Of a DNA stretch of 29,660 bases, positions 25,724 to 29,660 are shown one piece after another; position 1 is the stretch's first letter; every line of letters starts with the position of its first letter. Location of the stretch: the IMG/VR virus record IMGVR_UViG_3300037520_002130, positions 1-29,660 of that record; one strand, written 5' to 3'. The translations under genes and the position numbers were made by a program. This DNA is from a virus. Taxonomy: Duplodnaviria; Caudoviricetes. The notes beneath the pieces are model-generated. The model worked only from the letters and a program-made list of their open reading frames with translations, did no database searches and was not told the DNA's origin.

Positions 25724-27559
25724 ATGGCAAAAAATAATTTAACGGTTTGGCAAAGGTTAGGGAAAGTTTTCGGTCCTAATTCTACTATGGATCAAGAATC
25801 TCCCGTTTTTAAATTTGATAAGAAGGAATTATTAAAAACAACAGACAAAAAAGAATACGAAAACGAAAAGTTACAAGCACAACAAACAATGTACATTGGA
25901 AAACAATGGCAAAAAGTTGAAAGTAATTTATATCAGCAAGCGGTTTATTATGAACCAACAAGAATGGCGTCTTATTATGATTACGAATCAATGGAATATA
26001 CTCCTGAAATTTCTGCAGCATTAGATGTATATTCTGAAGAATCGACAACACCAGATAAAGATGGACACATTTTAAAAATATATTCGGAGTCAAAAAGAAT
26101 AAAATCTGTATTGGTTGATTTGTTTAATAATAGGTTGGACATTAATACAAATCTTGCGATGTGGACAAGAAACACATGTAAATTTGGTGATAATTTTATT
26201 TATCTTAAATTAGACCCTGAAAAAGGAATTGTCGGGTGTCAGCAATTACCAAATATCCAAATTGAAAGGTTAGAGAAGGGTATGAGATTCCAACCTGACA
26301 AGTACTCACAAGAAATGGAAAACGACGCCCTGAAGTTTGTTTGGAAAGAAAAAAATATGGAGTTCAATACTTGGGAAGTTGGTCATTTTAGAATATTGGG
26401 TGATGATAGAAAACTTCCTTATGGTACATCTATGTTAGAAAAGGCTAGACGTATTTGGAAACAACTTTTATTATCTGAAGATGCTATGATGGTTTATCGT
26501 GTTTCAAGAGCACCTGAAAGAAGAGTGTTTAAAGTGTTTGTTGGTAACATGGATGATAAGGATGTGGATGCGTACGTACAAAAAGTTGCCAGTAAATTTA
26601 AAAGAGACCAAATTGCAGATCCAAATACGGGTAATGTTGATATGAGATATAACCAATTAGCAGTAGATCAAGATTATTTTATTCCTGTTAGAGATCCGGG
26701 TGCAACAAACCCAATTGAAACATTACCTGGAGGAACAAACTTAGCTGAAATTGCTGATATTGAATATATTCAAAAGAAATTAGTTACAGCATTAAGAATA
26801 CCAAAGGCGTATTTAGGATTTGAAGAGGCGGTTGGTGATGGTAAAAACTTATCATTACTTGATATTAGATTTGCAAGAACAATAAATAGAATACAAAAAT
26901 CTATGATTGCTGAATTAAATAAAATTGCAATTATTCATTTATTTTTATTAGGGTTTGAAGATGAATTAACAAACTTTACTCTTTCATTACACAACCCATC
27001 TAAACAGGCTGATTTACTTGGTGTTGAAGTTTGGAAAGAAAAAATACTATTGTATAAAGATGCCGTCGCTGAAATACAAAATTCGGTTGCGCCGGTTTCT
27101 GCATCATGGGCTAAAAAACATATTTTAGGGTTTTCAGACGAAGAAATAAGATTAGATTTACAACAACAAAGAATAGAACGTGCGGTTGCGGGTGAATTGG
27201 CAAAAACTGCCGAAGTTATTAGTAATACAGGAATATTCGACAATATTGATGCCCTTTACGGTAAAAAAGATGGTGCTGCTGGTGGTGCTGGTGCTGGTGC
27301 CGCTGCGGGTGGAGAAGCTGGTGGAGAAGCTGGTGGATCACCTCCTGATATGGGAGGTATGGGAGGTGAAACTGCACCTGCAGAACCACCATCGGCAGGT
27401 GGAGCAGAACCACCAACAACAGAAAGGCTAGTTAGAAATGACTTAGATTTGATACTTGAAAGAAACCTTTTTAATGATGATGAGGTATTAGAATTATCAA
27501 AAGGTAGAAATTCATTAGTGGAAATTAATAACAAACTGAGAGATTTAATTGATAAGTGA
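25724..27559 (+). CDS. Portal protein (T4 gp20-like)
   Basis: YRVSRAPERRVF...VGNM and DYFIPVR...IETLPGG.NL.EI.DIEY..KKL..ALRIP motifs, with a Gly/Ala/Pro-rich C-terminal tail. Confidence 0.93.
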   Translation: MAKNNLTVWQRLGKVFGPNSTMDQESPVFKFDKKELLKTTDKKEYENEKLQAQQTMYIGKQWQKVESNLYQQAVYYEPTRMASYYDYESMEYTPEISAALDVYSEESTTPDKDGHILKIYSESKRIKSVLVDLFNNRLDINTNLAMWTRNTCKFGDNFIYLKLDPEKGIVGCQQLPNIQIERLEKGMRFQPDKYSQEMENDALKFVWKEKNMEFNTWEVGHFRILGDDRKLPYGTSMLEKARRIWKQLLLSEDAMMVYRVSRAPERRVFKVFVGNMDDKDVDAYVQKVASKFKRDQIADPNTGNVDMRYNQLAVDQDYFIPVRDPGATNPIETLPGGTNLAEIADIEYIQKKLVTALRIPKAYLGFEEAVGDGKNLSLLDIRFARTINRIQKSMIAELNKIAIIHLFLLGFEDELTNFTLSLHNPSKQADLLGVEVWKEKILLYKDAVAEIQNSVAPVSASWAKKHILGFSDEEIRLDLQQQRIERAVAGELAKTAEVISNTGIFDNIDALYGKKDGAAGGAGAGAAAGGEAGGEAGGSPPDMGGMGGETAPAEPPSAGGAEPPTTERLVRNDLDLILERNLFNDDEVLELSKGRNSLVEINNKLRDLIDK

Positions 27560-27580
27560 TATTTATAAATAAAAAAATAT

Positions 27581-28312
27581 ATGAACACTTTTGGCACAAT
27601 CAAAACAAAAATAGAAAACACGGCAATTGAATTAGCAAAAAAACCTGAGTTTAAAAGGTTTATTTTTGAATTTAAACATTTGGTTTTAGAAAATAAGGAC
27701 CTATCTGAGTTGTATTACATTTATGACGATCTATCATCAAATAAAGGTCTTCCTAACGACATAGCAAATGATTACATTAACGAATCAATTGAATATTCTC
27801 AAATACTTTTGGAGAGTCAAGGTAACAGATTAAAAGATATTAATGTTTGGATAAATTCTTGGAATAAAAATACCTCTAATAATTATTCTGATATAGATAC
27901 CGCAATATACAAAACCGGTATAAAAAATTTAGAAAATATTTTAGAATCTAAAAAAAATATTAAAAATATAATTACAAAAGAAGAAAGTAGAAAAGAAATT
28001 ACTGAAAGTATTAATATACCAATTTCTTCTATGGTTAAAATAGCAAATGAAAATTTAAAAAAAGAGTTAGGTCATTTAAACGAAAATGATAAAAAAGAAT
28101 TAGATGAAATTTTATCACTTAACGGAGAAGAGTTAAAAGAAAATTTTGATAATCTTAAAAAACTTGTTTTGGATAACTTAAAAGTTTCAATTAATGAGTC
28201 ATCAGATAAAGAACTTGAGGGTACAATTAACAAAACAATCAATAAAGTAATGGAGTCAAAATGTAACCATTATGATTATTATAAACTAAAAAAATTAAGT
28301 TTGGGACTATGA
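27581..28312 (+). CDS. Helical hypothetical head-module protein
   Basis: Follows the portal gene, with TATTTATA at 27560-27567. Confidence 0.7.
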   Translation: MNTFGTIKTKIENTAIELAKKPEFKRFIFEFKHLVLENKDLSELYYIYDDLSSNKGLPNDIANDYINESIEYSQILLESQGNRLKDINVWINSWNKNTSNNYSDIDTAIYKTGIKNLENILESKKNIKNIITKEESRKEITESINIPISSMVKIANENLKKELGHLNENDKKELDEILSLNGEELKENFDNLKKLVLDNLKVSINESSDKELEGTINKTINKVMESKCNHYDYYKLKKLSLGL

Positions 28313-28581
28313 AAAATTTTTTTAAAAGTATCGGAAGATTATTTATGGATAGCCAAGGCAATGCATCTTCAAAAAGATTTGTAGGAATCTTATGTGGTGT
28401 ATCTCTTTGTATTACGTTATACGTGAATAGTTATTCTCATGGAGATATTAGACCATCTGACACGTTAGTAAATGCCGTTGCTATGTTAGCGTTTGGTTGT
28501 TTAGGTCTTACATCTACCGAAAAGATTTTTGGAAAAAAATCAGAAGTAAAAAAAGAAGAGGAAACTCAAGAAGAGATTTGA
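28309..28581 (+). CDS. Small two-TM membrane protein (holin-like)
   Basis: SSKRF followed by two hydrophobic helices and a charged C-terminal tail. Confidence 0.55.
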   Translation: MKNFFKSIGRLFMDSQGNASSKRFVGILCGVSLCITLYVNSYSHGDIRPSDTLVNAVAMLAFGCLGLTSTEKIFGKKSEVKKEEETQEEI

Positions 28582-28754
28582 TTCTTTTGTTTGTATTGAG
28601 CCTTTTTAATTTGAGCCCTTCGTTTTACGGAGGGTTTTTTAAATTCCTGTCTTTCTTGTAATTTTTGTATTTGTTTTGTCTTATAAATTTTAAACTTATA
28701 AGTTTTTAATGCTTGCTCTAAAGATTTTTCATTTTTTACGTGTACTATGATCAT
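28566..28754 (-). CDS. rpsU: Phage-encoded ribosomal protein bS21 (62 aa)
   Basis: MIIVHVKNEKSLEQALKTYK.K..KT.....L.ERQEF.KPSV.RR.....A.Y. The start is moved to ATG 28754. Minus-strand TATTTATA at 28775-28782. Confidence 0.9.
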   Translation of the reverse strand: MIIVHVKNEKSLEQALKTYKFKIYKTKQIQKLQERQEFKKPSVKRRAQIKKAQYKQKNQISS

Positions 28755-28860
28755 AAATTTTTTTGGTTTTAATATATAAATACTAACAATTTTTTTAATT
28801 TTTGACAAGAATTATTTTTTGATTATATTTTATAAAAAATAAACTTGAAAGTCATGATAA

Positions 28861-29310
28861 ATGAAAAAAGGAAAAACGTCAAAATTAAATGTTTTTGATG
28901 ATGCAAAATGTCACTATGGTACAGTAGACTCAAAAGAATTAAAATCAATTTACATTGTATTACAAACATGGGTAGAACCCAAATCTGAGGAAGATAATTG
29001 GACTAAAATTACAGGTCTCATAAAACGTCAAATACTACATACTCTATTAGAAGTTGTTGATTCTTCCACCTTTGAAAGGAAACAAATTGTGGATTTAGAT
29101 TTAAGAACAAGTGGTATACAAAAAAATAAAAAAAGTTTTTTAAATTTAGAAATAACCCTTTTTGTTCACGACAAAACTACAGATTTTAAATCAATTATGT
29201 TGAGGTCTAAAATAAAAAAAATCATAAATTCAATTTATTTTGATGACTTAAAAAATTCTAAGTATTTTACATTAAGTAAAACAAAAACTAAAGAAACCGA
29301 ATTAATATAA
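28861..29310 (+). CDS. Hypothetical protein between bS21 and the prohead protease
   Basis: Clean 149-aa ORF, with TTGACA (28802) and TATATT (28824) upstream. Confidence 0.75.
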   Translation: MKKGKTSKLNVFDDAKCHYGTVDSKELKSIYIVLQTWVEPKSEEDNWTKITGLIKRQILHTLLEVVDSSTFERKQIVDLDLRTSGIQKNKKSFLNLEITLFVHDKTTDFKSIMLRSKIKKIINSIYFDDLKNSKYFTLSKTKTKETELI

Positions 29311-29329
29311 TATTTATCATAAAAACATT

Positions 29330-29660
29330 ATGAAAATATTAGGACCAAGCGACACGGGTAAAGGAATTCTTTTGGAGTATGATGCAGGAATTATAAACCC
29401 AAACGAATATAGAAATAGCCAAGTAATTAAAGAATCTTATGGTCAATTAGATCATTCAAAACCTTTTGTATTTTACGCAACCTTACAAAAATATGGAGTA
29501 CCAAATAGAAATGGTAGGGTATACCCTGAAAAAATATTAAAAAGAGAGGCAGAAAGATATAAAGACATGATTAATAAAGGAATGTCTATTTCTGAACTTA
29601 ATCACCCTGAGTCTTCACTTATAGATTTAGATAGAGTTGCTCACCTTATCACTGAAGTAT
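29330..29660 (+). CDS. Prohead core protease (T4 gp21-like), 3'-truncated
   Basis: Not in the ORF track. Reads MKILGPSDTGKGILLEYDAG...LQKYGVPNRNGRVYPEKIL...SELNHPESSLIDLDRVAHLITEV, with the NRNGR.YP and ELNHP motifs. TATTTAT at 29311. Confidence 0.9.
   Translation, partial: MKILGPSDTGKGILLEYDAGIINPNEYRNSQVIKESYGQLDHSKPFVFYATLQKYGVPNRNGRVYPEKILKREAERYKDMINKGMSISELNHPESSLIDLDRVAHLITEV

Noticed and set aside
28755-28808. 18-aa N-terminal extension of bS21 in the ORF track
   Set aside because: bS21 homology begins at MIIV and the extension contains the promoter-like motif.
1-29660. Alternative genetic code (stop-codon reassignment seen in some large phages)
   Set aside because: Conserved genes are full-length under code 11; clpC ends naturally at TAG and portal at TGA.

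Overview
AT-rich window from a large T4-like (Caudoviricetes, 'huge/jumbo') phage, most likely infecting a Bacteroidota (Flavobacterium-like) host. The host call rests on TAnnTTTG promoters, SD-less A-rich start contexts and a Bacteroidia-type bS21. From left to right: (1) a tail-fibre/receptor-binding region with a giant Gly/Thr-rich fibre and three LamG paralogues (1-9095); (2) an accessory region where minus-strand genes behind host-type promoters alternate with plus-strand genes behind a TATTTAT(A) motif. It holds a pyrimidine-dimer glycosylase-like gene, a lipoprotein, a tmRNA with an unusual tag, a Zn peptidase, three convergent 'variable cargo + secreted partner' cassettes, an N-domain-less ClpC and a UVR-domain partner (9087-20311); (3) a head-morphogenesis module with KTSC, a nucleotidyltransferase, a Pro/Met-repeat protein, TerL, portal, a holin-like gene, an inverted bS21 and the prohead protease (20390-29660). 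The best candidate for an undescribed system is the array at 12645-17710. Tail-to-tail gene pairs keep conserved 5' ends and a shared divergent promoter while their 3' halves vary, suggesting a swappable virion-effector/periplasmic-immunity (or exclusion) system. All family assignments come from motif recognition by eye, not database searches.
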